A stretch of 64,000 nucleotides of DNA from an uncultured Gemmatimonadales bacterium (GTDB taxonomy: Bacteria > Gemmatimonadota > Gemmatimonadetes > Longimicrobiales > RSA9), in assembly GCA_963708135.1 (NCBI GenBank), contig OY970192.1, positions 3,712,001-3,776,000 of the forward strand, read 5' to 3'. Each line of letters opens with the position of its first letter. Position 1 is the stretch's first letter. Below are positions 1 to 9,591 of the stretch, in pieces. Below the pieces are notes generated by a model, which saw nothing but the letters and a program-made list of their open reading frames with translations, had not been told where the DNA came from and ran no database searches. A program made the position numbers and the translations under genes.

Positions 1-824
1 ATCATCGGCTGCTCCGGGAGCCGCACGATGCTCCAGTGCGCGAGCACGCTCTGCGCCGGCTCGCTCCGGCCACCCGGCCGGGCCGGCGCGCCGCGGCCCG
101 CGCCGTTCTGGGCCGGCGTTCCCGTCTGGGTCGCCTCGACCTCGATGTTGTCGGGGAACGCAAGCGCCCGCTCGACGTAGGAGCGCTTCTCGTCGATGTT
201 GCCGCGGATCGCCTCGATCTGCGGCACCGACGTCGTGAACAGCTTCGTCACCTCGACGACCACCGAGCTGTCCGGCCCCCAGGCGTCCACCGGCAGCACC
301 GCCACCACCGGAGGGTAGTTGGCGTTCTCCACCGCCCGGTACACCGGCAGCGCCGTATCCGCCGTGATGGCGTACGACGGCGAGCGCAGGATCACCCGCT
401 CGCCGTCCAGATCCCAGCGCAGCGTCGCCTCACCGAACTGGTCGCCGCCGTAGCTGCCGAAGCGGCCGCCGCCGCTCGGGTCGTTCGGGTCCTCCGCCGC
501 CGCGCGCGCGTACCGGCCCACCAGCAGCATGTCCCTGCCGAGCTCCGCCCGCGGGATCTCGAAGTAGAGCTTCTCTCCCACCTGGTGCACCACGAACATG
601 CCGCGGTGCGTCTTGGCCTCACGGGTGATCACCGTGGCGTACGGCCGCGGGTGCGCCTCCACGGGGCCGCCGCCGCGGCGGGCGCCGGCCTCGCCGGCCG
701 CCTGCGGGCCGGCCGCCCCCGCGCGGGCACCGGGGCGGGGAGTGGGAGTGGGCGCGGCAGGATGGTGCGCGCAGGAGGCCGCCAGCAGCACGGCCGGGAC
801 GATGGCCAGGGTTCGCTTGATCAT
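1..824 (-). CDS. Zinc-dependent metalloprotease lipoprotein (DUF5117/DUF5118/DUF4953-type); partial, runs off the left edge
   Basis: Manually translated from ATG at 824: [18 protein letters not shown] (lipobox)...[33 protein letters not shown]...[15 protein letters not shown]...[15 protein letters not shown], typical of this family's N-terminal domains. Absent from the ORF track because there is no stop in the window; the HExxH motif is not visible here. Confidence 0.8.
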   Translation of the reverse strand, partial: MIKRTLAIVPAVLLAASCAHHPAAPTPTPRPGARAGAAGPQAAGEAGARRGGGPVEAHPRPYATVITREAKTHRGMFVVHQVGEKLYFEIPRAELGRDMLLVGRYARAAAEDPNDPSGGGRFGSYGGDQFGEATLRWDLDGERVILRSPSYAITADTALPVYRAVENANYPPVVAVLPVDAWGPDSSVVVEVTKLFTTSVPQIEAIRGNIDEKRSYVERALAFPDNIEVEATQTGTPAQNGAGRGAPARPGGRSEPAQSVLAHWSIVRLPEQPM

Positions 825-967
825 GGCTTCGTGGGTCGGTGGGACGGGACGAGTCGCGCACCGCCGGGCGGGCGCCCGGACCGAGCTCCGGTGCGCGGGG
901 GACGACGCAATATGGATCTGCCGCTGCCGCTGTGGCAAGAATATGCATCAGTTGGCCGCGAAGAGCC

Positions 968-996
968 TTGACGAGAGGAGGCGCTCCGGCCATCAT
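968..996 (+). promoter_or_regulatory. Putative sigma70 promoter for susC
   Basis: TTGACG (968-973), 17 bp spacer, CATCAT (991-996). Confidence 0.4.
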
Positions 997-1221
997 TGGC
1001 CGTACTTCCTCCTGATCACGACCCGCCGGTGATCCCCGCCCGCATGCCCGGGTCCCGGTGTTTGTTCAGTAGCCGTATCTCCTGAAATTCGGCGATTCGC
1101 TGGCCCCGCCGCGCGCGAGCGCGTGGAGGGTCATGTTCGCAATTCACTACCGCGCCTGCCCGGAAGACGGTGCCCGGTCCGGGCGGAGCTTCACCCCCCC
1201 ATCCAACAGGAGAAGCGGCCA

Positions 1222-4203
1222 ATGAGTCTGCGAAGGTTGCTCCGGCCGGCCCTGCTGACCCTCGTGCTTCCTGCCGCGCTGGCCGCGCAGCAGGCGACGG
1301 TCATCACGGGGACGGTCCGGACCCGCACGTCGGAGCCCGTACGTGGCGCGTACGTGGCGCTCCCGGCGCTGAACATCGCGACGGTGACGAACGACGCCGG
1401 ATTCTACCGGCTCGTCGTCCCGGCTTCCCGGCTCACCGGCGCCGGCCCGCAGACGATCCACGTGCAGAGCATCGGCTACCGGCCGGTGGACATGCCGATC
1501 ACCCTGCAGGCGGGTGACATGCGGCAGGACGTGTCGATGACGGAGGAGGCGGTGCAGCTCCAGCAGGTGGTGGTGACGGGGACGGCGGGGCGGCAGGAGC
1601 AGCGGGCACAGGCGGCCAAGGTGGACAAGCTGGACGCCACGCGGATCACGCAGGTCGCGCCGATCATCAACACGCAGGCGATCCTCCAGTCGCGGGTGCC
1701 GGGGGTGACGGTCTCGCAGGGCTCGGGCTCCTCGGGCACGGCGGCGCGGATCCACATCCGGGGCATCTCCTCGATCTCGCTGTCGAACGATCCGCTGATC
1801 TTCATCGACGGCGTGCGGGCGGACAGCCGCGAGGGCACGTCGAGCTCCAACGGCGCGCAGGTGTACAGCGTGCTCGGGCAGGGGGTCAGCCGGCTGAACG
1901 ACATCTCGCCGGAGGACATCGAGTCGATCGAAGTCGTGAAGGGCCCGGCGGCCGCCACGCTGTACGGCGCGGACGCGTCGGCGGGCGTGATCAACATCAT
2001 CACGAAGCACGGCCGCTCGGGCGCGGGCTTCAACCAGGACATCTCGGTCGAGTACGGGCGGCTGACCACGAATTACTCGCCTCCGGCGAACTACGCGGTG
2101 TGCAGCGGCAGCGCGCTGAACCACCTGGCCTGCCAGGGCAAGCCGGACGGCACGATCATCTCCGACAACCCGCTCGAGCGCTACAACGTGTTCACTCCCG
2201 GGCACAACGAGCTCATCTCCTACCAGCTCCGGGGGGGCGGCAACAACTACAACATGTTCGTGTCGGCCGAGCACTCGAAGGAGGATGGCACGGTCCCGAA
2301 CAACCACGTGAACCACACCTCGGTACGGACGAACGCGGAGTTCTTCCCGGCCAAGAGCGTGCGCATCGAGTCCGGCTTCGGGCTGACGCGGACGAAGACG
2401 ATGCTGCCGAACAGCGACAACAGCATCTACGGCTTCGTGGCCGGCGGCATGCTGGGCAGCCCGACCTCGGTGGGCGAGCACGCGGACGGCTGGTACGCCG
2501 GGTTCGGGCAGAAGGAGGGGCGGGCGTCGCTGCAGAACATCGACGACGCGTGGCGGATCGAGCCGCGCGTGGCGATCAACTGGGCGACGAGCTCGCGGGT
2601 GAACCAGCGGCTCATCCTGGGCGGCGACCTGACGCGCACCGACGCCTCGCTGTTCTACCCGAAGAACGACCTGGCGTGGTTCGGGTCCGACCAGCTGAAC
2701 TCGGGCGAGATCAACCAGGCCCGGCAGAGCGATGACCACTGGACGATCGACTACCTGGCCACCGGCAACATGGACCTGACGAGCGCGCTGCGCGCGGACC
2801 TGTCGGTCGGGCTCCAGACCATCATCTACAACAGCGACGCCCTGTACACGACCGGCATCGGGCTGGTCTCCAACAGCGCCAACTCGGTCGGCGCGGCGTC
2901 GCAGCGCACGAGCGACGAGTCGATCACGAAGAACCGCTCCAACGGCTTCTTCAGCCAGCTCCAGCTCTCCGTGTGGGATCGCCTCTACCTGCAGGCGGCG
3001 GCGCGGCTGGACCGCAACTCCTCCTTCGGCACCAAGTCGCAGTACTTCCTCTCGCCACGCGTGGGCTTCAGCTACGTGATCTCGGAGGAGGACTTCTGGA
3101 AGAACGGCATCGGCCACCTGATCCCGACCATGCGCCTCCGCGCCGCGTATGGCACGACCGGCCGCTCGCCGACCGACGGCGCGCTCGCGCTCTACAACCC
3201 GACGCCGTACGCGCTCGTCTCGGGCGCGACACAGCCTGGAGTGGTCCCCTACGATCCGGGCAACGAGAACCTGAAGCCGGAGCGGGGGACGGAGCTCGAG
3301 GCCGGGCTCGAAGCGGGGGCGCTGAACGACCGGCTGAGCCTCGACCTCACCTACTTCGACAAGACGACGTCGGACGCGATCCTGCGCCGCCCGATCGCGC
3401 CCTCCCTCGGGTTCAGCCAGAACCCGTACGTGAACATCGGCAAGATCGTGAACCGCGGCTTCGAGGTCGCGCTCACCGGGCGGATCCTGACGCTGGAGAA
3501 CGCGGGCCTGGAGTCCCGCCTCTCGCTGAACACGCTGCACAACGAGGTGACCTCGCTCGGCGGGATCGCGCCGTTCGGCACGCTGAACCGGGTGGAGGAG
3601 GGCTACCCGGTGAACGCCTGGTTCAGCTACCGGATCAAGAACGTGGACACGCAGGCGGGCCGCGTCACCGTGGGCGACTCGCTCGAGTTCGTGGGCAACA
3701 CGCTGCCCGGCTGGGAGGGCACCTTCAGCAGCACGCTCAATCTCTTCAAGCACCTGACGCTCTACGGCCTGGTGGACTTCCACGGCAACGTGCGCCGCTA
3801 CAACGGCAGCGGCCAGTTCCGCGAGCGGCAGTTCCGCAACGACGCCAACTTCATCGTGCCGGACAAGCTCTCGCCCGAGGAGCGGCTGCGCCGCTTCGGC
3901 CCGTTCTTCGACTCGAACGGCAATCCGGTCACGTTCGGCAACGTGAACGAGGCCTACATCGAGGACGGCTCCTACGCCCGCTTCCGCGAGGTCTCGGTGA
4001 GCTACCACCTGCCGGAGAGCCTCACGCGGCGCTTGATCCACATGCAGGACGCCACACTCTCGGTCGCGGGGCGCAACCTGGCCACCTGGACCAACTTCAC
4101 CGGGCTCGACCCGGAGACGGTGAACTACTTCGGCGACAACTACGAGTTCTTCACCATCCCCGCCGACAAGCGCTGGGTGGTCCGCCTGAACGTCCGCTAT
4201 TAA
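1222..4203 (+). CDS. SusC/RagA family TonB-dependent outer-membrane receptor
   Basis: RBS CAGGAG before ATG 1222; signal peptide; plug motifs IRGISSISLSNDPLIFIDGV and DISPEDIESIEVVKGPAAATLYGADASAGVINIITK; NENLKPE; C-terminal aromatic residue (VRY). Confidence 0.95.
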   Translation: MSLRRLLRPALLTLVLPAALAAQQATVITGTVRTRTSEPVRGAYVALPALNIATVTNDAGFYRLVVPASRLTGAGPQTIHVQSIGYRPVDMPITLQAGDMRQDVSMTEEAVQLQQVVVTGTAGRQEQRAQAAKVDKLDATRITQVAPIINTQAILQSRVPGVTVSQGSGSSGTAARIHIRGISSISLSNDPLIFIDGVRADSREGTSSSNGAQVYSVLGQGVSRLNDISPEDIESIEVVKGPAAATLYGADASAGVINIITKHGRSGAGFNQDISVEYGRLTTNYSPPANYAVCSGSALNHLACQGKPDGTIISDNPLERYNVFTPGHNELISYQLRGGGNNYNMFVSAEHSKEDGTVPNNHVNHTSVRTNAEFFPAKSVRIESGFGLTRTKTMLPNSDNSIYGFVAGGMLGSPTSVGEHADGWYAGFGQKEGRASLQNIDDAWRIEPRVAINWATSSRVNQRLILGGDLTRTDASLFYPKNDLAWFGSDQLNSGEINQARQSDDHWTIDYLATGNMDLTSALRADLSVGLQTIIYNSDALYTTGIGLVSNSANSVGAASQRTSDESITKNRSNGFFSQLQLSVWDRLYLQAAARLDRNSSFGTKSQYFLSPRVGFSYVISEEDFWKNGIGHLIPTMRLRAAYGTTGRSPTDGALALYNPTPYALVSGATQPGVVPYDPGNENLKPERGTELEAGLEAGALNDRLSLDLTYFDKTTSDAILRRPIAPSLGFSQNPYVNIGKIVNRGFEVALTGRILTLENAGLESRLSLNTLHNEVTSLGGIAPFGTLNRVEEGYPVNAWFSYRIKNVDTQAGRVTVGDSLEFVGNTLPGWEGTFSSTLNLFKHLTLYGLVDFHGNVRRYNGSGQFRERQFRNDANFIVPDKLSPEERLRRFGPFFDSNGNPVTFGNVNEAYIEDGSYARFREVSVSYHLPESLTRRLIHMQDATLSVAGRNLATWTNFTGLDPETVNYFGDNYEFFTIPADKRWVVRLNVRY

Positions 4204-4223
4204 CCCGCGAGGAGAGTGATCTG

Positions 4224-5477
4224 ATGAGACAGTCGATTCAGCGCACCCTCGGCGCCCTGCTGGTGCTCGCCACCGTGCAGGGGCTCGCGGGCTGCGACAG
4301 CTTCTTCAGCGTGACGGACCCGGACCGGCTGCAGGCCAACCGCATCGATCCGGTGAAGGACGGCGAGGTGCTGGCGCGCTCGGCGTACCAGAACTTCGCC
4401 GAGGCGTACGGAGACGTGCTCGTCTACAGCGCCTGGTGGTCCGACGAGGCGCGCGTGGGCGACACGTTCCCGACCCGGAACGAGTTCGGCCGCCGCTTCA
4501 TCGACGACACGAACGGCACGCTGAACAGCGAGGTATGGTCGCCGCTCTCGCGTGCCGCATCGACGGGCGAGCAGGCGGTGCAGACCTTCACTGGCGCAAA
4601 TGCGACCGGCCTGCCGCTCGTGATCGCGGCGTTCACGGCCGGCTACTCCGCGGAGCTCATGGCGGAGACGTTCTGCGAGGGTTCGGTGTCCTCGGAGGTG
4701 AGCGTGGACGGGCCGCGCATGAGCAAGGACGACCTGCTCAACCTGGCCATCGAGCGCTTCCAGATGGTGCAGGACGCAGCGGCCAGCGTGAGCGGCAGCG
4801 AGGCCGCGAACCTGGCCATGGCCGCCAAGGTCGGGCTGGCCCGCGCCTACCTGTTCCGCGCCGACAACGCCAATGCCGCCTCCGCGGCGGCCGGAGTGCC
4901 GGCGGACTTCGAGTTCGACGTGACGTACGTGGACGACCCGGCGAACCGCGGCCGCCTCGGCAACAACGTGTACGCCTTCACGACCGGCCGGCAGTCCCTC
5001 GTGGTGCCGCCGGAGTACCGGGCGCTGGCGGACGCGGGGGATCCCCGCATCACGTACGACGATGCCGGGCACCTCGCGCAGGACTCGGAGCTGGAGTTCT
5101 TCCGGCAGCAGAAGTTCCCGAGCTACGGCAGCGCCGTGCGGCTGGCGTCGGGGCTCGAGGCCCGCTACATCGCGGCCGAGGCGAGCGGCGACATGAGCAC
5201 GCAGCTGTCGCTGGTCAACGAGCGGCGCGCCATCGGCGGCGAGGGGCCGTTCACCTCGACCGATCCGCAGGCCGTGCTCGCCGAGCTCATGCGCCAGAAA
5301 GCGATCGACTTCTGGCTCGAGGGCCAGAAGATGGGCGACTACCGGCGCAACGGTGACCTCGTCCCCTGGGTGCCGCCGGCCGGAAGCGCGTACTACAAGT
5401 CCGGCGTGGGCGACATCGGCACGCAGACGTGCTTCCCGGTGCCTACCACGGAGAAAGACAACAACCCCAACTGGTGA
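4224..5477 (+). CDS. SusD/RagB family nutrient-binding outer-membrane lipoprotein
   Basis: RBS GAGGAG, lipobox LAGC, LARAYL, DFWLEGQKMGDYRR, C-terminal FPVPTTEKDNNPN; directly downstream of susC. Confidence 0.92.
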   Translation: MRQSIQRTLGALLVLATVQGLAGCDSFFSVTDPDRLQANRIDPVKDGEVLARSAYQNFAEAYGDVLVYSAWWSDEARVGDTFPTRNEFGRRFIDDTNGTLNSEVWSPLSRAASTGEQAVQTFTGANATGLPLVIAAFTAGYSAELMAETFCEGSVSSEVSVDGPRMSKDDLLNLAIERFQMVQDAAASVSGSEAANLAMAAKVGLARAYLFRADNANAASAAAGVPADFEFDVTYVDDPANRGRLGNNVYAFTTGRQSLVVPPEYRALADAGDPRITYDDAGHLAQDSELEFFRQQKFPSYGSAVRLASGLEARYIAAEASGDMSTQLSLVNERRAIGGEGPFTSTDPQAVLAELMRQKAIDFWLEGQKMGDYRRNGDLVPWVPPAGSAYYKSGVGDIGTQTCFPVPTTEKDNNPNW

Positions 5478-5605
5478 CCCTCCGCGAGTCCGGGCCGGCG
5501 CGCGCAGGCAGCGACGCCGGCTCCGGACCCGGACCGAGCCACGATGCGGCGCCGCCGGGGACGAGCTGCCCCGGCGGCGCGCATCACTTTCGAGCGACGT
5601 CGCCC

Positions 5606-6781
5606 ATGCGAAGCTGCACGCTCCTCCTCGCCTTCCTTCTCGGCCCGGCCGCCCTCGCCGGCCAGCGCGCCACGCTCGCCGGGCGGGTCCTCGACGCCGA
5701 GGCCCGCACACCGGTGGAGGCCGCCACGGTCACGCTGCTTCCCACCGGCCGCGAGACGGTCACGGACGCGGACGGCTACTTCCGCTTCGCGCGCGTCGGT
5801 GCCGGGCGCGTCGCGCTGCGCGTGCAGCACCTGGCCTACGGCATCCACCGGGACTCGCTCGAGGTCGCGGCCGGCACCGAGACGACCATCGTGCTGCTCG
5901 TCTCGCGGCGCGCCATCGAGCTCCAGCCCGTACGCGTCATCGCCACGAGCGCGGGCGGCTCCGCGCGCCGCTCGAACGTGATCACGCGCGACCGGATCGA
6001 GGCGCTCACGCCGGGTGCACGGCACCTGGGCGACATCATCGTCGCCTCCATCCCGGGCTCGCGCCTGCGCGAGTACTCGACGGGGGACTTTTGCCTGGAG
6101 TTCCGCGGCGGCCGCGGCGCCCGCTTCCAGGCGGGGTGCAACACGCCGCTCATCGTGGTGGACGAGCTCCCGGTCTCGCACCCGAGCGACTTCCTGCGCG
6201 ACACGCCACCCGCCGAGATCGAGCGCATCGAGTACATCCCGGCCAGCGAGGCCGGCGCGCGCTACGGCGTGGGCAGCCAGTACGGCGTGCTCGTGATCCA
6301 GACGCGTCGCGCGCCGCGGCCCGCCTCCGCCGCTCCAGCCGGCGCGACCCGCTATCCCGGCTACGCATGGCCCACCGGGGAGCGCGCTCACCCCTGGGTG
6401 CGCGCCTGGACCGCCGCCACCGTAGGGAACGCGGCGGGAATGGCCGCTTCCCTGGCCGCCATGGGCTGTCTCTCGGGAGGCATCGACGTGGCGTGCGTGG
6501 CCGCCCATCAGGGCCCCGGCGCCTATGCCTCCCTCGCGCTCCCCGCGCTCGGCGCCGCTGCCGGCGCGCGCCTGTTCGGCGTGACACGGGGCTCGGCGGG
6601 ACGCCCGCTCTTCGCGTTCCTCGCCACCGCCGCGCCGCTCGTCCTCGGCTACGCCATGTACGCCGACGGCAGCCGCCACGGCTTCAGCGGCTCGCGCCGC
6701 GCCGGCGCCATCCTCGTCCTCATCGGCGCGCCGGCCGCCGCCACCGCGGCGGACGCGTTGTTCCGGAGGCGCAGGCCCTAG
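5606..6781 (+). CDS. Carboxypeptidase-regulatory-like domain + TonB plug-like domain + C-terminal hydrophobic helices (no beta-barrel)
   Basis: Signal peptide; GRVLDAEARTPVEAATV...TDADGYFRF; plug motif PLIVVDE...PAEIERIEYIPASEAGARYG...GVLVIQTR; then Ala/Gly-rich hydrophobic segments. Confidence 0.75.
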   Translation: MRSCTLLLAFLLGPAALAGQRATLAGRVLDAEARTPVEAATVTLLPTGRETVTDADGYFRFARVGAGRVALRVQHLAYGIHRDSLEVAAGTETTIVLLVSRRAIELQPVRVIATSAGGSARRSNVITRDRIEALTPGARHLGDIIVASIPGSRLREYSTGDFCLEFRGGRGARFQAGCNTPLIVVDELPVSHPSDFLRDTPPAEIERIEYIPASEAGARYGVGSQYGVLVIQTRRAPRPASAAPAGATRYPGYAWPTGERAHPWVRAWTAATVGNAAGMAASLAAMGCLSGGIDVACVAAHQGPGAYASLALPALGAAAGARLFGVTRGSAGRPLFAFLATAAPLVLGYAMYADGSRHGFSGSRRAGAILVLIGAPAAATAADALFRRRRP

Positions 6782-6874
6782 GGCACGCGGAGCGAGGTGC
6801 CGGGACGGACAATGCGGTTGCCTGGATACGCTCCTGTATCCATCTTGCGGCGCACCCTACCCCACGAGGAACCC

Positions 6875-8287
6875 ATGAAGACGGCAAACGGCGGAGTCGC
6901 GCTGCTCCTTGGAATGCTGCTGACGGGTGCGGTCCGCGCGCCGACGGCGGCGCAGGCGGCACGCCCGATCGAGGCGGCCCGACTGGACAGCCTGATCCGG
7001 CACACCATGACGGAGCGGCACCTGGTGGGGCTCTCCGTGGGCGTGATGCAGGACGGCAAGGTGGCGTTCGCGCGCGGCTACGGCTCGGCCTCGCTCGAGC
7101 CGAGCCGGCCGGTGACGCCGCGGACGCTCTTCGCGATCGGGTCGGTGACCAAGCAGTTCACCTGCTCGACGGCGCTCCTGCTCCAACAGGACGGGAAGCT
7201 CTCGATGGCGGACCCGGTGGCGAGGTACTTTCCCGGCCTCACGCGGGCGCGCGACATCACCCTCCTCGACCTCGGCCAGCACGTCTCCGGCTACCGGGAC
7301 TACTACCCGCTCGACTTCATGGACCGGGAGATGCACCAGCCGCGCACGGCGGACCAGATCATCGAGGAGTACGCCACCCGGCCGCTGGACTTCGAGCCGG
7401 GCACCCGCTGGTCCTACAGCAACACGAACTTCCTGATCCTCGGGCGGGTGATCGAGAAGGTGGCCGGGGAGCCGTTCGCGGAGGTGCTCTCCGAGCGCAT
7501 CCTGGAGCCGCTCGGCATGCGCGACACGCGCTACCAGCCCGAGCGGGGCGGCCCCGGCATGGCCACCGGCTACACCTCCTTCGCCCTGGCCGCGCCGATC
7601 GCCGCGGAGCCGGAGGCCGAGGGCTGGGCCGGCACCGCCGGCGCGCTCTGGTCCACGCCCACGGACCTGCTCGCGTGGGACCTCGCCCTCATCGACGGGA
7701 GGATCCTCGCCCCGGCGTCCTATCACACGCTGACGACGCCGCGCCGGCTGGCCGATGGCCGCTCCACCGGCTACGGCTGCGGCGAGGGGGTGAACGATCG
7801 GGGGGACGCGGTGGTGCTCTCGCACGGCGGCGCGGTCGCGGGGTTCGTCGCCCAGAACGTGGTCATCCCCGCCACCCGCTCCGCGGTGGTGCTGCTGGCC
7901 AACACGGACTTCGGCGCGGTGGGCGCGCTCCAGCAGGCGATCGTGGCGGAGCTCATGCCTCCACACGCGGACGTGCCGGAGATCCACGGCCCCGCGGCGC
8001 TGGCCGCGGCACGCACGTTCCTCGAGGGCCTGGCCCGCGGCACGGTCAACCGGAGCACGCTGGCGCCCGACTTCGACGACTACCTCACGGACGACAAGGT
8101 GCGCGCGGCCGCCGCCGCGTGGCGGAAGCTCGGGCCGCTATCCGACCTCCAGCTCGTCGGCACCCGCGAGCGCGGCGCCATGGAGGTGGCGATCCTGCGG
8201 TTCAGGCTCGGGAAGACGGAGGCGCAGGCGCTGATGTACCGGACGCCGGACGGGAAGATCCAGGAATTCCTGCCGTCGTGGCGCTAG
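6875..8287 (+). CDS. Serine hydrolase, beta-lactamase class C / peptidase S12 family
   Basis: RBS GAGGA; signal peptide; SxxK (GSVTK), YSN and HGG motifs; FEPGTRWSYSNTN. Confidence 0.92.
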   Translation: MKTANGGVALLLGMLLTGAVRAPTAAQAARPIEAARLDSLIRHTMTERHLVGLSVGVMQDGKVAFARGYGSASLEPSRPVTPRTLFAIGSVTKQFTCSTALLLQQDGKLSMADPVARYFPGLTRARDITLLDLGQHVSGYRDYYPLDFMDREMHQPRTADQIIEEYATRPLDFEPGTRWSYSNTNFLILGRVIEKVAGEPFAEVLSERILEPLGMRDTRYQPERGGPGMATGYTSFALAAPIAAEPEAEGWAGTAGALWSTPTDLLAWDLALIDGRILAPASYHTLTTPRRLADGRSTGYGCGEGVNDRGDAVVLSHGGAVAGFVAQNVVIPATRSAVVLLANTDFGAVGALQQAIVAELMPPHADVPEIHGPAALAAARTFLEGLARGTVNRSTLAPDFDDYLTDDKVRAAAAAWRKLGPLSDLQLVGTRERGAMEVAILRFRLGKTEAQALMYRTPDGKIQEFLPSWR

Positions 8288-8290
8288 CGC

Positions 8291-8860
8291 TCAGTCCTGC
8301 TTCACGGCCTGCGCGTCGATCTCGATCTTCACGTCGTTGCCGACGAGCACGCCGCCGGCCTCGAGGGCCTGGTTCCACGTCAGCCCGAAGTCGCGGCGGT
8401 CCACCTTCGTTCGGGCGTTGAAGCCGGCGCGCTCGCCGCCCCAGGGGTCCTTCCCCACGCCCTGGAAGGTGCAGTCCAGGGTGACCTCCCGGGTGGTGCC
8501 GCGGATGGTCAGGTCGCCGACCAACTGGAACTCGTCCCCCTCCTCGCGTGCCGCGCCATCGACCCGCCTGCTCCTGAAGGTGATTTCCGTGTGGTTCTCC
8601 ACGTCCAGGAAATCCGCCGAGCGCAGGTGCTTGTCGCGGTCCTCGACACCCGTGTCGATGCTCGCCGCCTCGATCTCGACCTCGACGTGCGAGGCGTCCG
8701 GGTCGTCGGGGTCGAGCGCGATGGTGCCGGAGACGTCCTTGAAGCGCCCCCGGACGGTGGTGAACATCATGTGCTTCACGGAGAACTCGACCGTCGTGTG
8801 CGCCGGGTCCAGGTTCCAGGTCTCCAGTCCGGTCAGCGTGCCCGTGCCTTGATCCGCCAT
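8291..8860 (-). CDS. YceI family polyisoprenoid-binding protein
   Basis: WNLDPAHTTVEFSVKHMM...SIDTGVEDRDKHLRSADF...GDLTIRGTTREV...DRRDFGLTWN; GGAGG RBS before ATG 8860. Confidence 0.95.
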   Translation of the reverse strand: MADQGTGTLTGLETWNLDPAHTTVEFSVKHMMFTTVRGRFKDVSGTIALDPDDPDASHVEVEIEAASIDTGVEDRDKHLRSADFLDVENHTEITFRSRRVDGAAREEGDEFQLVGDLTIRGTTREVTLDCTFQGVGKDPWGGERAGFNARTKVDRRDFGLTWNQALEAGGVLVGNDVKIEIDAQAVKQD

Positions 8861-9093
8861 GCTTGCCTCCTCGTCTGCCAGGGTGGGCCGCAGCGCAGCG
8901 GCCCGATCGCTCCTGGATGAACCGTAACTGCAAGAACCGGGCGGAGATGCGCGACGGGCAGCATGGCCCGAGCGCAAGCCGGCCAGCGCGCGGCCCGAAC
9001 CCTGCGCACATGCCTGGATCCGACGACGAGCGGGAGCGCGCACGGCGGTTCCAGCGTCGCCTCCCGCCAGGTCCATCCACGAGAGGAGCGCCC

Positions 9094-9570
9094 ATGGACA
9101 CGCTTCGCATCGGAGAGCCGTTCCCGACGCTCCGCGTCCCGCTGGTGAGCGGCTCGACGCTGGAGATCCCGGCCGAGCTGCACGACCTGCGCGCGGTGCT
9201 GCTCTTCTATCGCGGGCGCTGGTGAAGCCACTGCCGTCGGCAGTTGGCCGACTTCGAGAGTCACCTCGCGGCGCTGGACGCGCTCGAGACGCAGGTGGTC
9301 GCGCTGTCGTCGGACACGCTCGAGGAAGCGCAGGCGACGGTCGAAGAGCTGGGGCTCGAGTTCACGGTGGCGTGGGGCCTCGATGCCGAGGCGACCTCAC
9401 GCGCGATCGGCTGCTACACCGGCACCCACGAGGGACACCCGCACATCCAGCCGGCGGCGTTCGTGCTGGGTGGCGACGGGACGATCGTCCACGCCGTCTA
9501 CTCGAGCGGCAAGGTCGGCCGGCTGACGGCCGCGGACGCGATCAGCATCGTGGAGGGGATGGAAGGCTAG
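9094..9570 (+). CDS. AhpC/TSA peroxiredoxin-like selenoprotein (UxxC); Sec at TGA 9223-9225
   Basis: ORF-track pieces 8863-9225 and 9244-9570 are in the same frame. Read-through gives LLFYRGRW-U-SHCRRQLADF, matching the FYRGxWCxxC redoxin motif. RBS GAGGAG; SECIS-like hairpin downstream. Confidence 0.85.
9236..9252 (+). promoter_or_regulatory. Putative bacterial SECIS element
   Basis: GTCGGC-AGTTG-GCCGAC: perfect 6-bp stem, with 16 nt between the UGA and the loop and GU at loop positions 2-3. Confidence 0.7.
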
Positions 9571-9591
9571 CCGCGCGCATGGCCTCCTCGC

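Noticed and set aside
997..1221. Cobalamin or other riboswitch in the susC leader
   Set aside because: No B12 box or other recognisable aptamer core by eye.
9223..9225. TGA as a simple nonsense mutation
   Set aside because: It falls exactly on the catalytic Cys position, both halves are intact and a SECIS-like hairpin follows, so Sec is the better explanation (not proven).
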